Source: Macrostomum lignano (lineage: Eukaryota). From it: a stretch of DNA of 64,000 bases. The DNA lies in assembly GCA_002269645.1 (NCBI GenBank), contig NIVC01003080.1, positions 5,553 to 69,552 on the forward strand, given 5' to 3'. Numbering within the stretch: position 1 is the stretch's first letter; every line of letters starts with the position of its first letter. The notes under the pieces are model-generated. The model was given only the letters and a program-made list of their open reading frames with translations, ran no database searches and had not been told where the DNA came from. A program made the position numbers and the translations under genes. Positions 43,723 to 56,858 of this stretch are shown piece after piece.

Positions 43723-45637
43723 GTCCAAAATTGATGATGTCTGACGATGCTGAACCTCCATTATTGACCATTCAAGTCATTCGGCCAACCCTGCAGCTCG
43801 AACAGCAGCCGCGCCCAAACTGCAGCAATGCCGCCACTGCCGCTATCGACTGCGCCCTCTGTGGTAAAACATTTGCCAAGCGTAGCAGTCTTATTAAGCA
43901 CATGAGCCGAACTCATCTCGGCAATGAGCGAGTCGACTGCAGCGTGTGTGGCCAGACACTTTCATCGCCTTCTGCTCTTGGCAGGCACATGCTGCTGCAC
44001 ACAGGTAAGGGCCTTTGACTTCATTGCTTTTTGGTTAATTGTTTTAGTAAATCTGTCTTGTGGGCACCGGCCGAAGCCTTAACCGGATTAGAATGTGAGG
44101 GCCGCTGTACACCCTGTGTGAGCGTGCGTATGAGTCATACATGCGCAACCTTGGGAATCACTCGGCCGTTTCTATTGGCAACCCTCACATGTAAGTCGCT
44201 ATTGGCTGAGAGCAGTCACGTGACTACTATTCCGTCCAATAGTGACTTACATGTGTGCGTTGCCAATAGAAACGACCGGGTGAATCCCAAGGTTGCGCCC
44301 AAGCATGGTATGAGTGCGTGCCTGCGTATAGTACTGGCGCGCTTGTGTGTGCTCAGGAGTCAGCGGAATGGGCAGAATTGCTTCAGGGCTGGTTGTGGGA
44401 CCATGTCACTGAATTGGCGTTGCTCCAGAGTTATTCAACCACCCACCCAATCACCCCAATCACCCTCCCCAATCATCCCCATCACCCTCCCCGATCATCC
44501 CCATCACCCTCCCCAATCATCCCCATCACCCTCCCCAATCATCACCATCACCCTCCCCAATCACCTAAGTCACCCCCATTACCCTCCGCAATCACCCCCA
44601 TCACCCTCCCCAATCATCCCCATCACCCTCCCTAATCACCCTCTCCAATCACCCCATCACCCTCCCTAATCACCCCATCACCCTCCCCAATCACCCAAAT
44701 CACCCCATCACCCTCCCCAATCACCCAAATCACCCCATCACCCTCTCCAATCACCCCATCACCCTCCCCAATCACCCCATCACTGTCCCCAATCACCCAA
44801 ATCACCCCATCACCCTCTCCAATCACCGAATCACCCTCTCCAATCACCCCATCACCCTCCCCAATCACCCCATCACCCTCCCCAATCACCCCAATCACCC
44901 CATCACCCTCTCCAATCACCCTTCCCAGTCACCCTTCCCAGTGACCCATGCGAGACTCACGTGACCATTTGCCGCACGCGTCAGGCTCTGCGCCATTCCG
45001 TTGCTCGTTCTGCGATTCGGCGTTCCGCAAGAAGGTCGGCCTTCAGCGCCACCTGGACAGTTGCCACGGCAATAGACAGCTCGCCAGCCTGCCGCGCAGT
45101 CACACGTGCGCCGACTGCGGCGCCGGCTTTCTGAGCTCCAGCGCGCTGTCTGTCCATCGGCGCGGCCGGCACGCCGAGCCAAAATTTGCCTGCGATGCCT
45201 GCCCGGGGCAGAGCTTCGCCAGGGCCGAAGACCTCCGGCGCCATCAGCTGGCGCGCCACGCGCCCAGACATGAGCGCCCGTTTGCGTGTCCCGTCTGTTC
45301 CAAGTGAGTCGCGGTCGCGGAGTGCTTAGATCGTATTTTCGCTTTGATCTAAATTAATTGCATAAACGTTTTTCTCCGAAGACGTTTCTGCCGTCGCGAG
45401 CAGCGCTCGGCTCACATGGCTGTGCATTCGGCAGCTCTGCGCCATTCGTGCAACCTGTGCCCGGCCGCGCTGATCTCCGGCTCCAATCTGCGCGTCCACC
45501 TCGCCAGGGTGCATGGCGTTGTTGCCGCGACTGTGGCCACGGCTGCTACGGCTTCAACAGAGGCTGACGGTCGCAGCAGCTCGGATTCGGCCTGCTTGTT
45601 GAATAGCCTTGTTGCGGCTCCGGATCTGTTTACCTGA
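43723..45637 (+). CDS. C2H2 zinc-finger protein (7 fingers seen; 5' exons not located)
   Basis: Exons 43723-44004, 44985-45303 and 45382-45637 with GT-AG boundaries. Splicing restores HTG-SAPFRC and [21 protein letters not shown]. Confidence 0.88.
44448..44942. repeat. 21-bp minisatellite (CACCCTCCCCAATCACCCCAT)n, intronic
   Basis: Tandem units in the zinc-finger gene intron. Confidence 0.9.
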
Positions 45638-48600
45638 CACTGACATCTGATACTGCGGCCTGATTGGTGCATTTGTTGTTGAGTGTGGACTAACATTAAC
45701 AACTGAATATTATTGTGCTGCATTTTGTTGAAAATCTACTTTTTACATTGTTGTCTTGCCTGTACAATTTTGCTCAAATATTTATTAGTGTGCTCTTGCA
45801 ATGACGATAGTAAAACGACTACTGTAAATGTGAAATGAGCCAAATCAACCGAGTTATAAAGGTTATCTGATTTTTTTAATTTTACAATTGCACTTCGCAA
45901 AAGAGCGGCTGTGCATAGTCAAACAAACAAAAAAACGAAAGCAGTGAATGAATAGGAAAATGCAGTTTTTTTTAATTTTTATGACCCGATCGAACTTCCC
46001 GTAAGCAAACGTACTCTCGGTTGATTATATTCTGCAACCCTTTATCGCAGGTAACTTGAACGCCAGTAGATCTTGAAAGCCCCCATTCACATCGCTTTCG
46101 AACAATCATCCTCACAGTGACGCATGGCACTCTCTTCGAGTCTAAGCAGGTGTCATGTTGGAAGGTCGCTGCTCAGGAACAGTTTTGCTCAAGTAGGATG
46201 GCGCGTTTTGATGCTCCAGTAAGGATATCAAGTAGTTTGGAAAGATTCTGGGTAACGGCATCAGAAGTCAATTGCATCGATTTTCCAGCCGCTTTGGTTG
46301 TCCATCATCTGCATTTGCATACTCGGAGCCCCCCCACGACTATTTGGAGTCCCGAGAATTGTTACAAATAGCCTTTCTAAAAATATAGTGAGGAGATCCG
46401 GTAGTTGTGCTTTGGATCACTACGCAACTTCTCCAACTCTGCTGCTGTCCACTTTCGGGGAATTGCAGAGATCATTTTTCCATAATCTCCGGCTGTGCAG
46501 ATGGATGGAGGAAATTAATTTAAGGTATATGTGTAATTGCCGTATCACCTATTAGTGCCAATAACTCTAGAAAAGATATTGAGCTTCAGTGTCGTCCTTG
46601 AAAAGCAAAGCCGTTTTTAATAGAAAAAATCTTGAACGAGATAGCCAATCTCATAAATGCGTCTGCATCAGTAATCTTTTTTTAAATTAATAATGACAAC
46701 CTCATTTCTTCCGGCTTGCAACTTTTAACTGCCGAGCTTAAAACAAGTATTTTCAAATTGAAAAGATAATCGTTGTACAGTACGCAAAAGTAATCAAACA
46801 GAACAGTTTATTAATTAAACTATCGAAAAATTTGTTTTTCACCGCACTAAGCAACAAGTAAAATTTGCTAAGCTGACGAGTGTAATGGATTTGAAATCTT
46901 CAAAAAAATGCATGAATTCTCCGAAAACTTAGAGAGTCCTCCTAGTAATAAGGTATTTTTTAAAACTTACCACTAATCTACTCCCAGAGCTGGATTAATT
47001 TTTTCATAGGCCCCTAGTAAAAAGCTGTAAATTAAATCGGAATTTAGCACCTATGCCTAGCCCATGGACGCCTATTTAGATGCTTATAAAGGGTGTCCAG
47101 TCAATTTATCTGCTGCCAATTTGTTTGTTTTTCAGACGTCAGAATGTCAGAATTGTGTACTGCCGGAACAAAATTTGGCTCCTTAGCTTCTGTACACAAA
47201 TGTACACCAATGGACTTATATTGCACACAAAAACAAAAAATGACGACCCAAATTTTAAGCATGTTAACTTTTAATCTTTGCAGAAATGTGTTCATAAAAA
47301 CTAGTTAGGCCTAGTCCATCATAGTTACACTATAGTTTGGATTATGTATTAGTGTAGGTAGGCTTATGCCAGGTCTAATGCTGGAAAAAGTAATAAGACC
47401 TCATTTGTACTCTAGGACTAAAATATATCATTGACACTATTTCTGCTGTGTATATACTAATATACTAGGATGTATGCTGAAAAATGGCAAGTACCCTTGT
47501 TTTATACTAGGAAATCCTGGTATACATATCACCTTCCAAACTATAATAGGACTTAGTTACATAAATTGGCTTGTATGCTTACTTACCTTGCACTACTGCT
47601 ATACTATATCAATTGTTACATACTATATGCTACTACACCTTTTCACTTTCAATTTTGATCAAAGTCCAGTTCTTAAAAAACTAGCAGAAATTCAATTTAG
47701 ACAACTTAGACTGGGCCTAGGGCAACACTTATTGAAAATCAATAAAAACAAACCCCAGTTCAAAACATTCTGCCATCGAAGCAAGGTTTAGCCATAGACA
47801 AAATTGTCTCTAGTTTGCATTGTCTAAATTGAATTTCCACTAGTTCTTTTAAAACTGGACTTTGATCAAAATTGAATATGAAAAGGTATACTAGCACTAG
47901 GTGCAAATCTATATTAGACATTGTCACCATTTGTGATAATGGCCATTGGCTTGGCTACAAAAAGACAAATAATAAATTAAAAATTTAAAGGAAAGTTTAT
48001 TATGCAAAAACTAAAGTTGCTTTTATTTTAACTTTTTCTATATATTCTTTAAAAAAAGATTTTTTGAACTACAGAAGCATTTTTCTATAATTTTTATTCT
48101 TTGTTTTACTTTTATTTTCTTTTTAAATTGCAAAAGCCTACTTTTTTATTTCATTTTTGTTTTTGTTTAAATTTAAAAAAATCTTTGATTAAAATTAACT
48201 TGCTTTTTATTTTATATGCCAAACCTAAACCAATTTTAGTGAACTTGGCAACTTCCGACTTTTAAACTTGGTTAAAAAAAATCTAAATGTTAAGATTCTC
48301 AATAAGGGACAAAATATGCTTGAATTTTGTAATGCCTGATACTATGGAGTATAAATAACCTTAAACCATAATAAATGTCATTCAAAATATATGCCAAAAC
48401 AAGAAATAGTTAATAAAAAGTTAAAGCTAATATATCCCAATAGAAACATTAGTCAAATTTTATATCAACTTTAATTAATCTACTAGTTGTTAACCCAATT
48501 TATGCTTAAGCTTTTAATGTATCTTATATTATCATTTTTCTAATGTTGGATTAATTTTGGCTTATAAAATAAGCTTAAACATAATATTTGGGTTAATACA

Positions 48601-49459
48601 ATTTAAGAAAATATTTTATTCTATTGGGCTAGCAATTTTCTAGGATTTTAGCAAGATCCATGCAAGTATAAATTAAATTTATTATCATTATAATTTTATT
48701 TTTATCAATTTACTTTCAAAAGGATTTCATTATAAATCAGTATATTTTTGCATTTCTCAATGTACTGGCATATACTCTTAGATTGTTTCATAATTTTTAT
48801 ATGCTAGTATTTTCTTATATTGTTGGCACCAAATTGAAATCATTAAAATTGGTCATCATTTTAATATTAGTGATAAATGATAGCTTTTTATAGCAATAAA
48901 ATAATCTTTCAACCAAGAATCATCTTGGGACAACTTAATTATTCTATTAGTACTATCAAAAGACAGATTTAAACTATATTAGTAGTAGTATAATGAGAAA
49001 TATCTGGAGATAAGACCAATGGGGGTTAGCATCCCCTGTCTCTTTGGATTTATAGAGGACCAAGCATATTTACCTCCCATATCAGCCTTTACCCTAACCC
49101 TATTCTCAATTGCCTATGCCCCTAAGCTATGTTTGTGATTGTTTGCAATTTTAGAGGTTGCATTTGCATGTTATAGTGTATAAGATTTATGGGTTATATT
49201 GAATTTCTTAGGCCTAATTTGTAGAATGACTATTTGAAGTTTACTTACCAGTAGACTGGAACATTTTCTATATAACATTTGAAATTATTCTTTGATGATA
49301 AGCTGTAAGTGTATATTCTAAACATCTACCTCTTCTCTTGGAACCAAAACCAGTAATAGTCATGCATTAAATTGCATGTTGCCAGACCTTTGCTTTTGCC
49401 TGCATTGCAAAATAAGTATTAAATAGCAATAGGTCTAAAATCAGTGCAACACAGCAGCA

Positions 49460-52400
49460 ATGGGCAACACACTGCCTGTGGACATGTGCACAACATTCGA
49501 TGTTGAGGAGCTGAAGCGCCTCGGCAAGCGATTCAAGAAGCTGGACTTGGATGGCTCCGGCAGCCTGTCAGTTGACGAGTTCATGTCCCTGCCGGAGCTG
49601 CAGCAGAACCCGCTGGTGCAACGAGTCATTGAAATATTTGACACCGATCACAATGGAGAGGTGCGCTATGGCTATTTGCGGCATATACTATTGCTATATA
49701 CTACTGTTGAATAATTAACTTCATTAAGGCATATCAAATTTGGATGACAGGCAAAATTTTCATTCTATCCTCCACACACATTTAGTAACAAAATCTATCA
49801 AGTTATTTAAGCGCTTTCATCGTTACACTAAAATTAGAAAACGTGCACACAGCTTCACAAACTGGATACTTCACAAGCTAGACACTTTACAAACTAGATA
49901 CTTCACAAGCTAGACACTTTACAAACTAGATACTTCACAAGCTAGACACTTTACAAACTAGATACTTCACAAGCTAGACACTTTACAAACTAGATACTTC
50001 ACAAGCTAGACACTTTACAAACTAAATACTTCACAAGCTAGACACTTTACAAACTAGATACCTCACAAACTAGATACTTCACAAACTAGATACCTCACAA
50101 ACTAGATACCTCACAAACTAAATACCTCACAAACTAGATACTTCACAAGCTAGACACTTTACAAACTAGACACTTTACAAACTAAATACTTCACAAGCTA
50201 GACACTTTACAAACTAGATACTTCACAAGCTAGACACTTTACAAACTAAATACTTCACAAGCTAGACACTTTACAAACTAGATACCTCACAAACTAGATA
50301 CTTCACAAACTAGATACCTCACAAACTAGATACCTCACAAACTAGATACCTCACAAACTAGATACTTCACAAGCTAGACACTTCACAAGCTAGACACTTT
50401 ACAAACTAAATACTTCACAAGCTAGACACTTTACAAACTAGATACTTCACAAGCTAGACACTTTACAAACTAGATACTTCACAAGCTAGACACTTTACAA
50501 ACTAGATACTTCACAAGCTAGACACTTTACAAACTAGATACTTCACAAGCTAGACACTTTACAAACTAGATACTTCACAAGCTAGACACTTTACAAACTA
50601 GATACCTCACAAACTAGATACTTCACAAACTAGATACCTCACAAACTAGATACCTCACAAACTAGATACCTCACAAACTAGATACTTCACAAGCTAGACA
50701 CTTTACAAACTAGACACTTTACAAGCTAGACACTTTACAAACTAGACACTTCACAAGCTAGACACTTTACAAACTAGATACTTCACAAGCTAGACACTTT
50801 ACAAGCTAGATACTTCACAAGCTAGATACTTCACAAGCTAGACACTTTACAAACTAGATACTTCACAAGCTAGACACTTTACAAACTAGATACTTCACAA
50901 GCTAGATACCTCACAAACTAGATACCTCACAAACTAGATACTTCACAAACTAGATACTTCACAAGCTAGACACTTTACAAACTAGACACTTCACAAGCTA
51001 GACACTTTACAAACTAGATACTTCACAAGCTAGACACTTTACAAGCTAGATACTTCACAAGCTAGACACTTTACAAACTAGACACTTTACAAACTAGACA
51101 CTTTACAAACTAGACACTTCACAAGCTAGACACTTAACAAACTAGATACTTCACAAACTAGACACTTTACAAACTAGATACTTCACAAACTAGATACTCC
51201 ACAAACTAGATACCTCACAGACTAGATACTTCACTCACAAACTAGATACTTCACAAACTAGATACCTCACAAACTAGATACCTCACAAACTAGATACTTC
51301 ACAAGCTAGACACTTTACAAACTAGATACCTCAAAAACTAGACACTTTACAAACTAGACACTTTACAAACTATATACCTCAAAAACTAGACACTTCACAA
51401 ACTAGACACTTCACAAACTAGACACTTCACAAACTAGACACTTCACAAGCTAGACACTTAACAAACTAGATACTTCACAAACTAGACACTTTACAAACTA
51501 GATACTTCACAAACTAGATACTCCACAAACTAGATACCTCACAGACTAGATACTTCACTCACAAACTAGATACTTCACAAACTAGATACCTCACAAACTA
51601 GATACCTCACAAACTAGATACCTCACAAACTAGATACTTCACAAGCTAGACACTTTACAAACTAGATACCTCAAAAACTAGACACTTTACAAACTAGACA
51701 CTTTACAAACTAGATACCTCAAAAACTAGACACTTCACAAACTAGACACTTCACAAACTAGACACTTCACAAACTAGACACTTTACAAACTAGACACTTT
51801 ACAAACTAGATACCTCAAAAACTAGACACTTCACAAACTAGACACTTCACAAACTAGACACTTTACAAACTAGACACTTTACAAACTAGATGCCTCAAAA
51901 ACTAGACACTTCACAAACTAGACACTTCACAAACTAGACACTTCACAAACTAGACACTTCACAAACTAGATACTCGTACTTCAAAGCGTGTAAACAGCTA
52001 TTTGCAAAATTACTAGTTTTGTGTAAACTGCTGCTAAAGAAGTCTTCTAGGAAATGAGATTTCTAGACTTGTTAAATTTCTTGCTATTTAACTGCTAGCT
52101 GTTGTAAGAAAATCTTAGCTGTTTTGTAGGATCACCACAGAAAGTCCTATTTTGCCTGTTGTATACAGTCTGACCTACTCTGATCTAGCAGTTACTACCC
52201 GAATTTCACAGGTTGACTTCAAAGAGTTCATTGACGGCGTGTCGCAGTTCTCCGTGCGCGGCAATAAAGAGGCCAAGTTGCGTTTCGCTTTCAAGATCTA
52301 CGATATCGACAATGATGGCTACATTAGCAATGGGGAGCTCTTCACGGTGAGGCTTTTGGGTTCACGATGAGGGTTGAGAATCACTGTGATGGTTTTTAGA

Positions 52401-53647
52401 TTCACAATGAGCGTCGGAAATCACTGTGATGGTTTTTAGATTCACAATGAGCGTCGGGAATCACTGTGATGGTTTTAGATTCACAATGAGGGTTGCGAAT
52501 CACTGTGATGGTTTTTAGATTCACAATGAGCGTCGGGAATCACTGTGATGGTTTTTAGATTCACAATGAGCGTCGGGAATCACTGTGATGGTTTTAGATT
52601 CACAATGAGGGTTGCGAATCACTGTGATGGTTTTTAGATTCACAATGAGCGTCGGAAATCACTGTGATGGTTTTTAGATTCACAATGAGCGTCGGGAATC
52701 ACTGTGATGGTTTTTAGATTCACAATGAGCGTCGGAAATCACTTTGATGGTTTTAGAATCACAATGAGCGTCGGGAATCACTGTGATGGTTTTAGAATCA
52801 CAATGAGCGTCGGGAATCACTGTGATGGTTTTAGGCTCACAATAAGGGTCGGGAATCACTGTGATGGTTTTAGAATCACAATGAGCGTCGGGAATCACTG
52901 TGATGGTTTTAGATTCACAATGAGCGTCGGGAATCACTGATGGTTTTAGGCTCACAATAAGGGTCGGGAATCACTGATGGTTTTAGGTTCACAATAAGGG
53001 TCGGGAATCACTGATGGTTTTAGGTTCACAATAAGGGTCGGGAATCACTGATGGTTTTAGGTTCACAATAAGGGTCGGGAATCACTGATGGTTTTAGGTT
53101 CACAATAAGGGTCGGGAATCACTGTGATGGTTTTAGATTCACAATGAGCGTCGGGAATCACTGTGATGGTTTTAGATTCACAATGAGCGTCGGGAATCAC
53201 TGTGATGGTTTTAGATTCACAATGAGCGTCGGAAATTACTGTGATGGTTTTAGATTCACGATGAGCGTCGGAAATTACTGTGATGGTTTTAGATTCACAA
53301 TGAGCGTCGGGAATCACTGTGATGGTTTTAGATTCACAATGAGGGTTGCGAAGCACTGTGATGGTTTTAGAATCACAATGGGGGTTAAAATCGCTATTGT
53401 TTCCACTCTAATGATGAAGCTGATGTCACCTGACAACTCTAAAGCAGAACTCCTCATGCAAACCGCTATCTGGCAGGTGCTGAAGATGATGGTGGGAAAC
53501 AACCTGAAGGACGCTCAGTTGCAGCAGATAGTTGACAAAACTATCATCTTCGCTGACAAGGACGGAGACGGCCGAATCTCGTTCGAAGAGTTTTGCGAAG
53601 TTGTGAGCGGCCTGGAGATCCACAAGAAGATGGTTGTGGATATCTGA
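49460..53647 (+). CDS. PPP3R1: Calcineurin regulatory subunit B (4 EF-hands), 168 aa
   Basis: Exons 49460-49660, 52212-52346 and 53477-53647 (507 nt, all phase 0). MGN myristoylation start; [78 protein letters not shown]. Confidence 0.98.
49855..51972. repeat. 16-bp minisatellite (TAGATACTTCACAAAC / TAGACACTTTACAAAC)n, ~2.1 kb
   Basis: Tandem variant units in calcineurin B intron 1. Confidence 0.95.
52370..53378. repeat. 39-bp minisatellite (GATGGTTTTAGATTCACAATGAGCGTCGGGAATCACTGT)n
   Basis: Fills calcineurin B intron 2. Confidence 0.95.
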
Positions 53648-55409
53648 CCTAATCTGTGTGTTCATTTTTTAAGGCCTTAAATTGTTGGAGAAGCTAGGTT
53701 TAAAGACGCTAAAATAAATAATGTCTTTTCCTGCTACTTAAAGCTTTTGTAAGTAGTTTAGATTGGACATTGTTGTCCTATTATGCTTTTGGGCAGGAAT
53801 AAAAAAAACTAAAAAAAGTTTTTGTAAAGCGCAGAGCTGTAATGGGGCTTCTTAAAATACAATTAATCTCATTATTGGGGCGTTTCATGAGTTATTTAGT
53901 GTAAAAAAGCAAAACTGTGTTTCTACAAGAATATGTAAATCAATGGTCTCATTCCTGTTTTTGTTGTGTTTGTCATTTTTTCTTGTTCCCTTTTCTGTTT
54001 TGTGCTTTTGTTTCCTTTGTTTCAGTATATTTTACAATTGAAATAATAATTCTATACAATTTTGACCATTCTTTAACTGAAAGAGAACATACTAGTACAT
54101 ACTAAATAATAATATCGTGTGCATTGATATAAAGTGCACTCAGAACAGGAGACCCTCCGGGTGCTATCGACTCTGGCACAAGATTATATTCATAATTAGT
54201 TAAAAATCCAGCAAGTTTTTTCTATTTATATCTGTTGCGTCATCATCAATGTCTATTAATAGCCTACAGCTGAATGTTTTATTGTATTTATATTGAATTG
54301 TTGTTATTATTATTATTATTAATTATGATTATTGTTACTATTGTTAATTATTTATTTATCACGGACAATCCTGCTTTTGTCTTGTCCTGCTTCTTCCTTT
54401 TTTATATAATTTACTAAATAACTAATAATTGAAATAATACAGTAACTAATTCTTCTCACAATCTTACTCGTGTTATTAAAAATATTATTCTATCATAACG
54501 TGGCTTACATTCTATACATTTTGTGCGATCTGCGCTAAAGCCATAACCTATCCAACAGACTGTACACTGATTTATACATATTATATAGCCTAATTAATAT
54601 CTTCATTATTTCTTTCCTTAATTTTTTTACAAGCAAACTGTTAAACAACAATTCCACTTATATATACCTACGAGTATATGGCTGCGCGTTGACTTTGGGC
54701 ACGCATTTTTCCTCTCTGTCTGTCTGTCCTTAATCTTTCTATCTCTTTATTATAGCATATATAATAGAGACAAGCGAAACTGTGTTTTTGTCTACTCCAA
54801 TATCGATATACTACTTGCAGTATGCAAGCCGAATTTACAGCAAAATATACACTGCCAGATGGAGAATGAGAATTGGTGTGCTTTTAACAGCGCCGGGCAG
54901 TTGGTTTTTCTATGTCTACTTAATCTATTAAATCTATTGACGCTTTCTCGCGAGTAATTCGATTTGGAAATCATTGATTGATTGATTGATTGATATTTGA
55001 TTTACATCCTGATTTTCTGATTTAGTAGAACTATCAGAACCGTGTGTGTGCAGGTGTGTGAAATTTAAAGGCACTGACTAACTTACTATTCGGTCTTTCA
55101 ACTGCAAAGATTTGAAAGGAGAGAGACATCTTTAAATGCTGAAGAATGATCAATGCGAATGTTTGGTTTTTATTTTAGTGTGCTTTCAATTTAGTTACAA
55201 ATTACTGGTATTTGATTTAGCGCAATCCGCTCAAACTGTAATTTGGATTTTACCATAGACAAATTCCTGCGAGACAATCGTGCTTTTTTATAGCTGACCA
55301 TGATTTTGCACTTGGAAAGGAGGGGTGGAGTAGGCGACTGAGGCAAGCTTGAAGAGCCAATCAGAAGGCAGCGAGAGAGAGAGATAAGACAAACTAGATT
55401 GAACTAGAT

Positions 55410-56540
55410 TGCAAGAAATCGGCGAGAATTTTTTTTAACTTGAGGGCTAGATAAAGCATAGAATCTAGCGACTGCGGGCCAGAGAATGGAGAGAGGACAG
55501 ATGAGAGCTAGGAGAGGGGAGAGGAGAGAAAAGATTAGCAATGAGAGGAGAGTGGAGATAAGGGCAGAGAGGAGAGTGGAGATGAGGGAAGAGAGGAGAG
55601 TGGAGATGAGGGAAGAGAGGAGAGTGGAGATGAGGGAAGAGAGGAGAGTGGAGATAAGGGCAGAGAGGAGAGTGGAGATGAGGGAAGAGAGGAGAGTGGA
55701 GATGAGGGAAGAGAGGAGAGTGGAGATGAGGGAAGAGAGGAGAGTGGAGATAAGGGCAGAGAGGAGAGTGGAGATGAGGGAAGAGAGGAGAGTGGAGATG
55801 AGGGAAGAGAGGAGAGTGGAGATGAGGGAAGAGAGGAGAGTGGAGATGAGGGAAGAGAGGAGAGTGGAGATAAGGGCAGAGAGGAGAGTGGAGATAAGGG
55901 CAGAGAGGAGAGTGGAGATAAGGGCAGAGAGGAGAGTGGAGATGAGGGCAGAGAGGAGAGTGGAGATAAGGGCAGAGAGGAGAGTGGAGATAAGGGCAGA
56001 GAGGAGAGTGGAGATGAGGGAAGAGAGGAGAGTGGAGATGAGGGAAGAGAGGAGAGTGGAGATGAGGGAAGAGAGGAGAGTGGAGATAAGGGCAGAGAGG
56101 AGAGTGGAGATGAGGGAAGAGAGGAGAGTGGAGATAAGGGAAGAGAGGAGAGTGGAGATGAGGGAAGAGAGGAGAGTGGAGATGAGGGAAGAGAGGAGAG
56201 TGAAGATGGGGGAGAGGGGGAAAGACAGAAGAGTGGTGATAGAGGAGAAAGGAGAGTCAACATGAGGGAGAGAGAGGAGATGGAGAGAAGGGGAAGAGAG
56301 ACGAGGGGCGATGATAGAAGAGAGAGTGGAGATGAGAGAAAAAAGTGGAGAGGAGGGAGAGAGGAGAGTGGGAGAGAAAAGAGAGGAGAGTGGAGATGTG
56401 GGAAGAGATGAGAGAGGAGAAAAGAGAGCTGAGAGGCGACACACATTGAGCGGGCCGGATTGCTATTGTGAAGTTTGAAAGGGCCCGAGAGCCGGATACA
56501 CATAAAAAAGGCTTCGCGGGCCGGAGTTCGCCGATCCCTG
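55410..56540 (-). mobile_element. hAT-type MITE with an expanded internal 24-bp minisatellite
   Basis: The reverse complement begins CAGGGATCGGCGAACTCCGGCCCGCGAAGCC, homologous to 62504 onward. Degenerate opposite TIR at ~55412-55430. Flanking AACTAGA(T/C) may be the TSD. Confidence 0.6.
55538..56205. repeat. 24-bp purine minisatellite (GAGAGGAGAGTGGAGATGAGGGAA)n
   Basis: Tandem units. Confidence 0.95.
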
Positions 56541-56858
56541 AACTAGACAGAGGGAGCGGACGGAGGGCAGATGAACTGAAGAACTGATTAAAGGAATTCG
56601 CGGCACCGACTATCAGTGTATTTGTTTGTGTATAAGTATTTTTTAAACCTTCTGATGGTGTCGTGTCCCAATGTTCCTTATCCTGAACCATGTCTGATTG
56701 ATCAACCCCTGGCTAATGTAGAAACGCATTGATTCAAACGAAAGATGTACTGCTCATGTGTATTCTAGCATGCACATGTACAATCTCGCTTACATGCAAT
56801 AAGTAATTAATGTTTCCGATCAATTAGCTGCTAGCTACGTTCGCCAATAAAAAAGTGC

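Noticed and set aside
46100-46560. Possible non-LTR retroelement C-terminal remnant (MISAIPRKW)
   Set aside because: A single short motif among stops; insufficient support.
53144-53476. N-terminal extension of the 167-aa ORF
   Set aside because: 39-bp intronic repeat fused in frame to calcineurin B exon 3; the true acceptor is at 53476.
55404-56503. Three long ORFs (346, 259 and 322 aa)
   Set aside because: Translations of the 24-bp purine minisatellite within a MITE.
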